Below are positions 1-7,909 of a DNA stretch of 49,819 nt, one piece after another. Under the pieces are notes generated by a model. That model saw only the letters and a program-made list of their open reading frames with translations. It made no database searches and was not told the origin of the DNA. Every line of letters begins with the position of its first letter. The stretch's first letter is position 1. Position numbers and translations under genes: made by a program. This DNA comes from Candidatus Heimdallarchaeota archaeon (GTDB taxonomy: Archaea; Asgardarchaeota; Heimdallarchaeia; Heimdallarchaeales; Kariarchaeaceae): assembly GCA_015523565.1 (NCBI GenBank), contig WAKA01000046.1, positions 1-49,819 on the forward strand, written 5' to 3'.

Positions 1-432
1 GCATCGAGCTTAGGGGCGCTTGGTTTGGCATCGAGCTTAGGGGCGCTTGGTTTGGCATCGAGCTTAGGGGCGCTTGGTTTGGCATCGAGCTTAGGGGCGC
101 TTGGTTTGGCATCGAGCTTAGGGGCGCTTGGCTTGACATCGAGCTTAGGGGCGCTTGGCTTGACATCAAGCTTAGGGCTACTTGGCTTTGCATCAAGCTT
201 AGGGCTACTTGGCTTTGCATCAAGCTTAGGTGCGCTTGGCTTGACATCAAGCTTAGGGCTGCTTGGCTTTGCATCAAGCTTAGGGACGCTTGGCTTGGCA
301 TCAAACTTAGGTGCGCTTGGTTTTGCATCAAGCTTAGGGCTACTTGGCTTTGCATCGAGCTTAGGTGCGCTTGGTTTTGCATCGAGCTTAGGTGCGCTTG
401 GTTTTGCATTGAGCTTAGGGGTATTGGTCTTG
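1..432. repeat. 27-bp coding tandem repeat, at least 16 units (gcatcgagcttaggggcgcttggtttg and variants), encoding (A/V)KPS(A/S/V)PKLD on the minus strand
   Basis: Units start at 1, 28, 55 ... 406 with no spacers. Variation is mostly synonymous or conservative in the minus-strand frame. Confidence 0.95.
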
Positions 433-1037
433 GCTTCTAACTCTTTCGTGTCTTCATCTGAACTTTCACTTGTTTCATCACTTCCTTCTTTTTTATCTTC
501 ATGTTCCTTTTCTTCTGGTTTTTCAAAATCAGTCCATTCTTCCAGCGACGCCTCCTCTCCATATTCTTTATTTTCCCAATACAGTTGGCAAACCTTCAAT
601 GCCCTCATGAATGTAATATGTAATGGGTCTTCACTTTTTTGCACTGAATGTTCACTTAATGGTGTCTGTGATTCATCCCACGATAGAATTGCAGGAATAT
701 ATGTCAAGACTCTTTGTGCCTTTTTCTCATTTGCAACTTTAAGGAGGTTCACAATTCCTTGGTAATGTAATATCAACAAGTTTATGGGTGTATCTCTTTG
801 AAATATGCCAATATCTACTTGTCCATTAATCAAAATGTCTCCTTCCTGGACAATCCTCTTCAAGCTGTCAGGGTATCTGACATCGGCAATGTTGACCGAG
901 ATATTGTGATAAATTCCTTTCGGCCTGAATCCTCTTGGACTGCAAAGAATTAGTTTTTCGGGGTCTGCCTTATCGATAAGATACCTTACAACACTTGCGC
1001 CAACAAGGGAATCAACCCCAAAAATAACAAGTCTCAT
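3..1037 (-). CDS. Degenerate NAD(P)-binding Rossmann/extended-SDR (epimerase-like) domain + acidic linker + AKPSAPKLD tandem repeats; 3' end runs off the window
   Basis: Manual translation from ATG 1037: MRLVIFGVDSLVGASVVRYLIDK...NIADVRYPDSLKRIVQEGDILING...HYQGIVNLLKVANEKKAQRVLTY...PLSE. An E/D/S-rich stretch follows, then 9-aa repeats with no stop. It is absent from the ORF track because the stop lies outside the window. Confidence 0.8.
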   Translation of the reverse strand, partial: MRLVIFGVDSLVGASVVRYLIDKADPEKLILCSPRGFRPKGIYHNISVNIADVRYPDSLKRIVQEGDILINGQVDIGIFQRDTPINLLILHYQGIVNLLKVANEKKAQRVLTYIPAILSWDESQTPLSEHSVQKSEDPLHITFMRALKVCQLYWENKEYGEEASLEEWTDFEKPEEKEHEDKKEGSDETSESSDEDTKELEAKTNTPKLNAKPSAPKLDAKPSAPKLDAKPSSPKLDAKPSAPKFDAKPSVPKLDAKPSSPKLDVKPSAPKLDAKPSSPKLDAKPSSPKLDVKPSAPKLDVKPSAPKLDAKPSAPKLDAKPSAPKLDAKPSAPKLDAKPSAPKLD

Positions 1038-1053
1038 TTTAATCCGCTCAATT

Positions 1054-1335
1054 TTAACTTCCCACAAACAGGTCTCGGAGCACAATTCTTGCGGCTTTTC
1101 TTACAATTGCTTCTGGATCTTTTTCGGCCAATATCTTTATGAGTTTGATCCAGGCATGATCTGATTTTGCAAGATCTTGAAGTTTTGTAATCAACGTTGT
1201 CCTTACAACTAGGGATGGGTCTTTCGAAGCGGCAACAAAAATTTCTTTTGGTATCTCCTCTTTGCTGGACAAGTATAATACCCTGTCTTTTTCTGAAAGG
1301 AGAAACCAATCTGACATTGACGGATTGTTTGTCAT
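1054..1335 (-). CDS. Small HEAT-repeat-like helical protein
   Basis: Two HEAT-like motifs (SKDPSLVVRTTLITKL; EKDPEAIVRKAARIVL); ends 16 bp before the 1037 start. Confidence 0.55.
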   Translation of the reverse strand: MTNNPSMSDWFLLSEKDRVLYLSSKEEIPKEIFVAASKDPSLVVRTTLITKLQDLAKSDHAWIKLIKILAEKDPEAIVRKAARIVLRDLFVGS

Positions 1336-1465
1336 AGTTATCCCTTACAACATACTTCTATGTTTTACAAATAAATAGTTTTGTGGTTTCCATCTTTGCT
1401 ATTGTTCTTAAAGCTTTTTAAAAGATATCTCTAGATTTAGATAATTGGTTGAGTAGTGACATTTA

Positions 1466-2197
1466 ATGGAAGACCAATTTGTCAACTATGATGAGGATCG
1501 GCAATCCCGAATAGGTGTTGCAGAGGCAATTTTTGCAGAAGGAAAGACATTGGAGGAATTTGCCATTGTTTTGGACAGTTTGGTACCTTTGATGAACGAT
1601 AAGACATTTTTGGTAACCCGGATGAATCGCGATCATTTCAATTATCTTTCAAACAAGGGCATCCCTGTAAGGATGTTGGACACGAATCAAAGAACTGCCA
1701 TTATTGGCTCTGGTCAAATGAGGATGCTTTATGATGCCCCGCAAGTTCTTATCATATCTGGGGGGACTTCTGATTTGTCTATTGTTGAGGAGACATCTAT
1801 TACCCTTTCATATCATGGTATACCTAGTATTCATGCAGTAGACATAGGCGTTGCCAATCTAGAGCGTTTGAAAATTGCACTGAAGAAACTGAATGAGCAT
1901 AGGTCTTCTTTAAAACTGGTTATTGCTGTGGCTGGCTTTGAGGGTGCATTGTTTTCAGTCATTAATTCAATTACCCGTCTTCCTGTTGTTGCAGTTCCAA
2001 GTCCTCAGGGTTATGGTCTTGGGGGACGGGGTGAGGCGGCAATGTTGAGTGCATTACAGTCCTGTAGTGCAGGTGTTGTTACAGTGAACATAGGCAATGG
2101 TTTTGGGGCGGCTTTGTTTGCAAGTAAATTATTGGGGCATCTTTCTTCATTGCAAAACGAATTTGGCTCTGTTTTCTCTGTCAATCCAGAATCTTGA
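1466..2197 (+). CDS. larB: Nickel-pincer cofactor biosynthesis protein LarB (PurE/AIR carboxylase family)
   Basis: R.SRIGVAEAIFAEGKT, GGTSDL..VEE, DIGVANL.RL, AVAGFEGALFSV, PVVAVPS..GYG, SC..GV.TVNIGNGFGAA. Confidence 0.9.
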   Translation: MEDQFVNYDEDRQSRIGVAEAIFAEGKTLEEFAIVLDSLVPLMNDKTFLVTRMNRDHFNYLSNKGIPVRMLDTNQRTAIIGSGQMRMLYDAPQVLIISGGTSDLSIVEETSITLSYHGIPSIHAVDIGVANLERLKIALKKLNEHRSSLKLVIAVAGFEGALFSVINSITRLPVVAVPSPQGYGLGGRGEAAMLSALQSCSAGVVTVNIGNGFGAALFASKLLGHLSSLQNEFGSVFSVNPES

Positions 2198-3341
2198 GGG
2201 TTCTCTGGATCATGAGTGGTGATTTGCCGAGTCGCTTGGCAAGTGAAAGCAAATCCTCAAATTCAATTTTGGAGCTGTATGGTCCCTTTTTCAATCGAAC
2301 AGAAAAGGTCTTGCCATCAATTTCGACTTTGATTTTCTTGATCTCTCTTTTTCCTAAATGCCTTGCAATTTCTTGGATGCGCACACCTAGTGATCCTGTC
2401 AATTTCATCAGATTTTCTGCCAAATCATTGGTTTTTGACAGTGGGGCAATTACTTGGATTTGCCATCCTGGTCGGTTTTTTTTGGTTGTGATTGGGATAT
2501 AGCTAACATCGATGGCACCAGAATTCAATAATTCCTCAATTGCATTTCCAAGGATTTCTCCTGATATGTCGTCAACATTGGTGACAAGCAATGCAATTTT
2601 TGCATTTGGTGAATCTGCTTTTCCAATTCGAATTCTGACTGCATTGATCCTTCCATCCAAACTTTTTGTTCCAAACCCAAAATTTGAGGATTCCCAGACA
2701 ATTGTTTCGGTTTTTGGGAATGCATTTTGAATTGCCCCGATCAATGCTGCTCCCGTTGGTGTCAATAGTTCTCCCCTTCCTTGTGCAATGGTGGGCAATT
2801 TGGTCTTTTCTAGAATTCCTTCTGTAACTGGAGGCGGTACTGGCAAGACACCATGGGATGTCTTGACTGTTCCTGTACCGACATTTACAGGTGAGATTTG
2901 AATAAATTCTGGATTGATGGTCTCAATAAGGAAGCATGTTACAAAGATATCAAAAATTGTATCAAAAGACCCCAACTCATGCAAATGGATGTCCTTTTTA
3001 CCGTGAACCTCTTGTTCTGTTTCCTTTATCAGCTTCCACGCCTCTTTCAATATTTTTTCATTCTTCAACCATTCCGCCAATTTTGCAAAATACATTTCAA
3101 GTTGATTTATTGTCAGTTTCATTTTTGGTTCTAGTTTTACAAGTCTAGATCCCTTGAAGCCATTCATCATGACATTTGAAATTTCAAAATCAAAATCCTT
3201 GGTAATTTCAGTTGACAAGATTTTTCGGATCTTGTTTTCTATTTCGGGGTCTATTTTCTTTGCCAATGGAAGAAGGGCTGATACGAGCATATCTCCCGCG
3301 GCACCACTTACAGAGGGGTCAATGCCCAAAACTGTAGACAT
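2181..3341 (-). CDS. larC: Nickel insertion protein LarC
   Basis: SGAAGDMLVSAL, EQEVHG..IHLHELGSFDTIFDI, SHGVLPVPPP, ELLTPTGAAL, TNVDDISGE, KKNRPG, TGSLGVR. Confidence 0.9.
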   Translation of the reverse strand: MSTVLGIDPSVSGAAGDMLVSALLPLAKKIDPEIENKIRKILSTEITKDFDFEISNVMMNGFKGSRLVKLEPKMKLTINQLEMYFAKLAEWLKNEKILKEAWKLIKETEQEVHGKKDIHLHELGSFDTIFDIFVTCFLIETINPEFIQISPVNVGTGTVKTSHGVLPVPPPVTEGILEKTKLPTIAQGRGELLTPTGAALIGAIQNAFPKTETIVWESSNFGFGTKSLDGRINAVRIRIGKADSPNAKIALLVTNVDDISGEILGNAIEELLNSGAIDVSYIPITTKKNRPGWQIQVIAPLSKTNDLAENLMKLTGSLGVRIQEIARHLGKREIKKIKVEIDGKTFSVRLKKGPYSSKIEFEDLLSLAKRLGKSPLMIQRTLKILD

Positions 3342-3372
3342 AATTTTCCCTGAGTGTTTACATTAATGTGTT

Positions 3373-4812
3373 TTATGACTCTATTCCCGAAAAAATCAAT
3401 GATTTGACCGTCACGGGGATTACTTGGCCATTTACCAAGGGTGCACCTATGTCAATCCAGTCTCCATCCTTAACCTCGATCTCATCAATGCTTGCAAGAT
3501 TGTCTTTGATGGATGTTTCCCTTCTGATGACATTTCCAATTGAGTTTCCTATATCTCCTTTGAATATGAGGATGATTGGGGTATTGTTTGCAATGCTGTT
3601 TGGCAGAGCTCTTTCAATTCCCTTTGCAAATGTCTTGAGTTTTTGATATGCTGATCTTACAGGGTCTTCAAAATAAAGTGCGAAGATTTCATCTCCTTCG
3701 TTTATGTCAAATTTGTTCAAGGCATGCTTTACTTGTTTTTCCAAGTATTCTTCTGTCAACTTATTTCTTTCGACGTCAACCTCAATGACGGGAATGTTCC
3801 TTAATGGGAATTCAAGGCTGTCATCGTCCAAAAAGCAAGTTGATCCGGAAACTTGTAATGTATAGGAACCTGCTCCAATCACGGTGGCTCTTATCTTGTT
3901 TTCAGGTTCTATGACGGGTGCGTTAAACTTTTCAAATTTATCCTTGATGGATTTTGCCAATAGTTTCCCTATGTCGCAATAGTTGTCCCTATTTGGATCA
4001 TCATAAATCCATTCCGCTACTCCTCCTGAAAACACAATTTTATCTATTTTCACATTGGGTCTGTTATCTGTCATCACCAGTTCCTGCATTAAGTGATTTT
4101 TTCTTTGGTTGATGAAATCAATAAGGCATTCTGCAAATGTTTCCGCAATTTGTCCTTTTTGCTTTTCTGTGATTTGATCCCCGATTTGAAAGTTCAACCC
4201 CAATGAGTTTATCACCTTTCTTGCAGGCTCATCTATCCTTGTAATTATATTCTCACTGTCAAATGCCAGCAATCTTCCCCCTACAGATATGCATGCAGTT
4301 CCTATTATTTTTCCATTACTTGTGATGGCGATATTTGATGTTCCTCCTCCAATGTCACAAGACAGGATTGTTTTCCCTTCCACTTCTGATCGACTGACCG
4401 CCCCTGCTCCAAATGCGGCAATAACCGATTCAAAATTTGGTCCTGCTGTGGCGGCAACGAATTTCCCTGCGTCTTCAGAAATGCTATTCACAATTTCTGC
4501 GGCATTCTCTTTTTTCGCAGTTTCACCAGTGACAATTACAACACCAGATTGAACTTCCTCTTTTTTTATTCCTGCCTTGTTATATTGCTCTTTAATAAAT
4601 TCCTTCAATTTTTTCATGTCGATTGTTTTTGGATCAATTAGTGGTGTATCAATTATCTTTGATTTATAGATTATTCGTCTTTCAACAATTTCGTATCTAT
4701 GGGAATATGATTGCAGATTTTTTGCCAATATCAATTTGCTGAACACGAGATGGCTTGTCGATGACCCAATATCTATTCCTACACTTAACAGAGTTATTCT
4801 GTCTTTATTCAT
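3373..4812 (-). CDS. eutA: EutA-family reactivating factor (ASKHA ATPase)
   Basis: LLSVGIDIGSSTSHLVFSKL, VIVTGETAKKENA, AGKFVAATAGPNFESVIAAFGAGA, DIGGGTSN, FSGGVAE, IRATVIGAG, IDEIEVKDGDWIDIG, PVTVKSLIF. Confidence 0.85.
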   Translation of the reverse strand: MNKDRITLLSVGIDIGSSTSHLVFSKLILAKNLQSYSHRYEIVERRIIYKSKIIDTPLIDPKTIDMKKLKEFIKEQYNKAGIKKEEVQSGVVIVTGETAKKENAAEIVNSISEDAGKFVAATAGPNFESVIAAFGAGAVSRSEVEGKTILSCDIGGGTSNIAITSNGKIIGTACISVGGRLLAFDSENIITRIDEPARKVINSLGLNFQIGDQITEKQKGQIAETFAECLIDFINQRKNHLMQELVMTDNRPNVKIDKIVFSGGVAEWIYDDPNRDNYCDIGKLLAKSIKDKFEKFNAPVIEPENKIRATVIGAGSYTLQVSGSTCFLDDDSLEFPLRNIPVIEVDVERNKLTEEYLEKQVKHALNKFDINEGDEIFALYFEDPVRSAYQKLKTFAKGIERALPNSIANNTPIILIFKGDIGNSIGNVIRRETSIKDNLASIDEIEVKDGDWIDIGAPLVNGQVIPVTVKSLIFSGIES

Positions 4813-4860
4813 GATTTCTTGAATGAATTTGTGCTAATAAGTATCACACAATGGGTAAAT

Positions 4861-5571
4861 TCATTGGTCGGTTTCTTTATTGTTTTCTTCAATAGGATGT
4901 TCTTCTTCCAATTCTTCTATTGATCGGGGGGGATGATCCAATACCCCAAGCCATGATAAAATTGAAGCGGCCATGAAATGGAACGCCTTGTCAACATTCA
5001 ATCCTGTTTTGGCAGATGTACTAAGATATATGATATGGAAACGTTCATCAGCATATTCTTCATTGAGTTTCTTGACCAGTTCCTCCACTTTTTCATCAGG
5101 AACAACTGTACTTGGATCTGCATTTTCCACGAGGTCTGCCTTGTTTCCAAGGATGATTATAGGCACTTTTCCCCTTGAACTATGTTTCTTGAGTTCATTA
5201 AGCCAATTCGTTATGTTTTCAAAAGATGTGGGTCTTGTTCGGTCAAATACCAGGAGACCACCGAAACACCCCTTGTAATACATGGACCTAACACTATTGA
5301 AGGTACTTTGTCCTGCCAAATCCCATATTTGATAGGTTATATTATAATTTGTTCCATTGAAGTTGTAACTGACATCTTTAGCGGCAAAATCTGCCCCGAT
5401 TGTCATGATATGCTCTTCCGTGAACCCCATTCCCAAATAATTTCGTCTTAAACTAGTTTTGCCGACTGCCCCGTCCCCCATTAGGACTAGTTTGATGAAA
5501 TAGTTTTCAGAGCCGTCTTGAGTCTTTTTCACGACCTTGTCCATTTTGGGCTTTTTCTTTTTCCAAAACAT
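4861..5571 (-). CDS. Rab-like small GTPase (Ras superfamily) with polybasic N-terminus and acidic C-terminus
   Basis: G1 GDGAVGKTS, G2 TIGADF, G3 WDLAGQ, G4 GNKAD, G5 SAK. ATG 5571 (MFWKKKKPK) preferred over TTG 5580. Confidence 0.92.
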   Translation of the reverse strand: MFWKKKKPKMDKVVKKTQDGSENYFIKLVLMGDGAVGKTSLRRNYLGMGFTEEHIMTIGADFAAKDVSYNFNGTNYNITYQIWDLAGQSTFNSVRSMYYKGCFGGLLVFDRTRPTSFENITNWLNELKKHSSRGKVPIIILGNKADLVENADPSTVVPDEKVEELVKKLNEEYADERFHIIYLSTSAKTGLNVDKAFHFMAASILSWLGVLDHPPRSIEELEEEHPIEENNKETDQ

Positions 5572-5626
5572 TCTTAACAAATGATTGTAAACTTTAATAA
5601 TATAAAAAATTAGCTTAAGTTCAACG

Positions 5627-6274
5627 TTATTCCATTAATCTTTCTAAAAGTCCTACTACTTCTTCCAATGTCTCTCTAACTCTTCTTTTATACTCATCAG
5701 GATCATCGTTATGTTTTTCTTGTTGCCCTAAATCATGTTCTTTTGGCTTTGGTACCTGCAAGACGCTAGACCTTTGCATACGGCTGGAATGACTGAGTTC
5801 TTTGTTTTTCGACGCGATTACTTCAGATGGCTTGAGAACTGATTCTGACTGAATGCTTGTTTGTTCCTTGAATTTTTCCGAAGGCTTTACCAGTTTTTCA
5901 CCATCACTGGGTTCTTTACGTGACATCACTGTTTTTACCACTTCTGATGGTCTAGTCAATGGTTCTGGTTTGGTCTCACTTTTTTGTTGCAATTTAGCTA
6001 ATCTTTCAGACGGTCTAACTAATCTTTCCTCATCACTTGAGGTTGTTTCCCTTTGACTTTCTACCTTCAGTCGTTCTGATGGCTTAACCACATGTTCTTC
6101 CTCAAATGGGGTTGTATCAGCTTCATTCTTTTTGGATAGAATTTCACTTGGTTTAACCAATGTTTCAGTCTCATTGTTAACTACAAACCCCTTATCTAAT
6201 GCTTCTTCTTCAGTCAAGCCACATTCGGGACATGGAAACCTTACGAAATATGAATGACACCTTGGGCACAGTAT
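5627..6274 (-). CDS. Zinc-ribbon + disordered protein with six (K/R)PSE motifs
   Basis: The frame extends upstream of the tracked TTG 6217 to include (I)LCPRCHSYFVRFPCPECG. A GAGGGA SD-like sequence lies at 6281-6286. The start would have to be ATA 6274 or CTG 6271. Motifs: LVKPSE, VVKPSE, LVRPSE, LTRPSE, LVKPSE, VLKPSE. Confidence 0.65.
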   Translation of the reverse strand: MLCPRCHSYFVRFPCPECGLTEEEALDKGFVVNNETETLVKPSEILSKKNEADTTPFEEEHVVKPSERLKVESQRETTSSDEERLVRPSERLAKLQQKSETKPEPLTRPSEVVKTVMSRKEPSDGEKLVKPSEKFKEQTSIQSESVLKPSEVIASKNKELSHSSRMQRSSVLQVPKPKEHDLGQQEKHNDDPDEYKRRVRETLEEVVGLLERLME

Positions 6275-6351
6275 TTTGTATCCCTCAATTTAAACTTCTT
6301 CCAATTTCTTTAACTATTTCGGTCAGTTATTGAATCAAATGCATTTATTGT

Positions 6352-7149
6352 CTAAATGGCGTAGAATCTCCTTGTAAGCTGAAATGTTTTTTTTGCTAGT
6401 TCTTCAAGCTCTACTTCGAAATCTTGAGCCAATCGTTTGGCAGATACTGGAATATTTTTTGGTTCATTTCTGGGATCATTATCAAAAGGACTACAGAATG
6501 GCGAATCTGTTTCTAGCATGATATTGTCAATACCAAATCGTTTTGCGGTTTTCCTTCTTTTTTTCCGCCGTGTCAAGTTAGTGGGAATTGTTGCAATGTA
6601 TCCCAAGTCTACCGCTTTCTTTGCTTCGTCGGCTGTGCCATCAAATGAATGAAGCAATACTGGTACTTCTGCATGGGTGGCAAGGACATCAATGGTGTCA
6701 TTTTCTGCCTTACGGCAATGAATTACAAGTGGTAAATTTATCGAGTTTGCTACTGCTATAATGTGCTCAAAATATTTTTTTTGCAAATTTCGTTCCTTTT
6801 CTTCTTTAACCCAATAATAGTCCAACCCAACCTCACCAATGGCAACAATCCTATTGCCATACGGGCTGTCCAATTGCTTGGATAAAAGGTCATGAAAATC
6901 AATGTTCCTATATTTTGGAACTTCTGTCGGTTGCATGCCTATTGTTGTGTAAATTTCATTGTGCATGGCTGATTTTCTGACTTGGTCATAGTTTCTTGGG
7001 TCAGATGCACAAGAAACAATTAATTTTACATTCTCATTCCTCGCCCTGTTCAATACTGTGGGTATTTCACTGTCAGGAAACCAAGGCTCATGTAAATGAC
7101 AGTGCGCATCTGCAAAAGTCACCATTGATTCCCCTTGGTTCAAAACCAT
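6352..7149 (-). CDS. tatD: TatD-family metal-dependent DNase
   Basis: DAHCHL, IGEVGLDYY, IHCRKAE, LHSF, LETDSPF, RNEP. Confidence 0.92.
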   Translation of the reverse strand: MVLNQGESMVTFADAHCHLHEPWFPDSEIPTVLNRARNENVKLIVSCASDPRNYDQVRKSAMHNEIYTTIGMQPTEVPKYRNIDFHDLLSKQLDSPYGNRIVAIGEVGLDYYWVKEEKERNLQKKYFEHIIAVANSINLPLVIHCRKAENDTIDVLATHAEVPVLLHSFDGTADEAKKAVDLGYIATIPTNLTRRKKRRKTAKRFGIDNIMLETDSPFCSPFDNDPRNEPKNIPVSAKRLAQDFEVELEELAKKTFQLTRRFYAI

Positions 7150-7232
7150 ATTTCATGGTTGGGGAAGATGCAACAAAAATATCGGTATTTTTCACCTTTA
7201 AACTTTTATTTGATAAAAACAAATCTAAGAAT

Positions 7233-7532
7233 ATGCCTACTGTTCTAAAATTTATAGACGGAGAATTTGTCGAATCAGAGTCAAATGATTATGATGCAAA
7301 ATTGGAATTGATCCCTGATGGGCACAATGGCTTTGCAAAACTGTACTTTTCGGATGGGGCCAGCTTAATAACAAGGAGAACTGCAACACGCCAAGCACAC
7401 AGTATCTGTGCTACAGGTTTTGTGCTCAAGAATGGCGTAAGGGTTGGTCGAGGATATGAACTGGAGATCCTTGATGATGATGACGTACATGATGCCCTAA
7501 GAAAAGAGGCTCATAAATACAACAAATCTTAA
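7233..7532 (+). CDS. 99-aa conserved-looking hypothetical protein, possibly single gelsolin-like domain
   Basis: ATG 7233 (MPTVLKFIDGEF...) follows an AT-rich promoter-like gap; the tracked 6996 start overlaps tatD. Pattern KLYFSDGASLITRRTATRQAHSI. Confidence 0.55.
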   Translation: MPTVLKFIDGEFVESESNDYDAKLELIPDGHNGFAKLYFSDGASLITRRTATRQAHSICATGFVLKNGVRVGRGYELEILDDDDVHDALRKEAHKYNKS

Positions 7533-7544
7533 GATTCCTTCTTG

Positions 7545-7787
7545 CTAAGATCCCTTCTTGCTTTCTTCAAGATACCATTTCCATATTTGGTCAATTTTTT
7601 TCTCCATTTCCCTCATCATTCTCAATTGTGCCTGCGCAAGGGTTTCATCACCCATCGCCGCTTGAAGTATCTCAACAATAAGTCTTGTCTTTGAAATTCC
7701 TTGGCGCATTGCCTCTTCAGTTAATTTTTGGGCAAGGTCAACAGGACATGTAAATACGACTCTAGTTGTATGTTTTTTCGATTTCAT
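7545..7787 (-). CDS. Ribbon-helix-helix (CopG/Arc-like) DNA-binding protein
   Basis: TTRVVFTCPVDLAQKLTEEAMRQGISKTRLIVEILQAAM matches the RHH pattern, followed by a C-terminal coiled coil. Confidence 0.75.
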   Translation of the reverse strand: MKSKKHTTRVVFTCPVDLAQKLTEEAMRQGISKTRLIVEILQAAMGDETLAQAQLRMMREMEKKIDQIWKWYLEESKKGS

Positions 7788-7909
7788 TGTTTTTTGATAC
7801 GTCTATTTCTATCAAAACCTTTTGATGCCAATTCATCTTGACGGCAATGAGACTAAAGGCATTGAAACTTACCTAAGGAATTAATAATGATGGCACGGAA
7901 CAAAGGTAA

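Noticed and set aside
1-432. 27-bp array as a CRISPR
   Set aside because: Head-to-tail units without spacers, unit length a multiple of 3, in-frame coding, and no cas genes.
25-765. 246-aa plus-strand ORF (ASSLGALGL repeats)
   Set aside because: Antisense shadow of the repeat-containing minus-strand gene, which has a proper start and a recognisable domain.
6996-7232. N-terminal extension of ORF 6996-7532
   Set aside because: Overlaps tatD on the opposite strand and the AT-rich promoter gap; ATG 7233 is more plausible.
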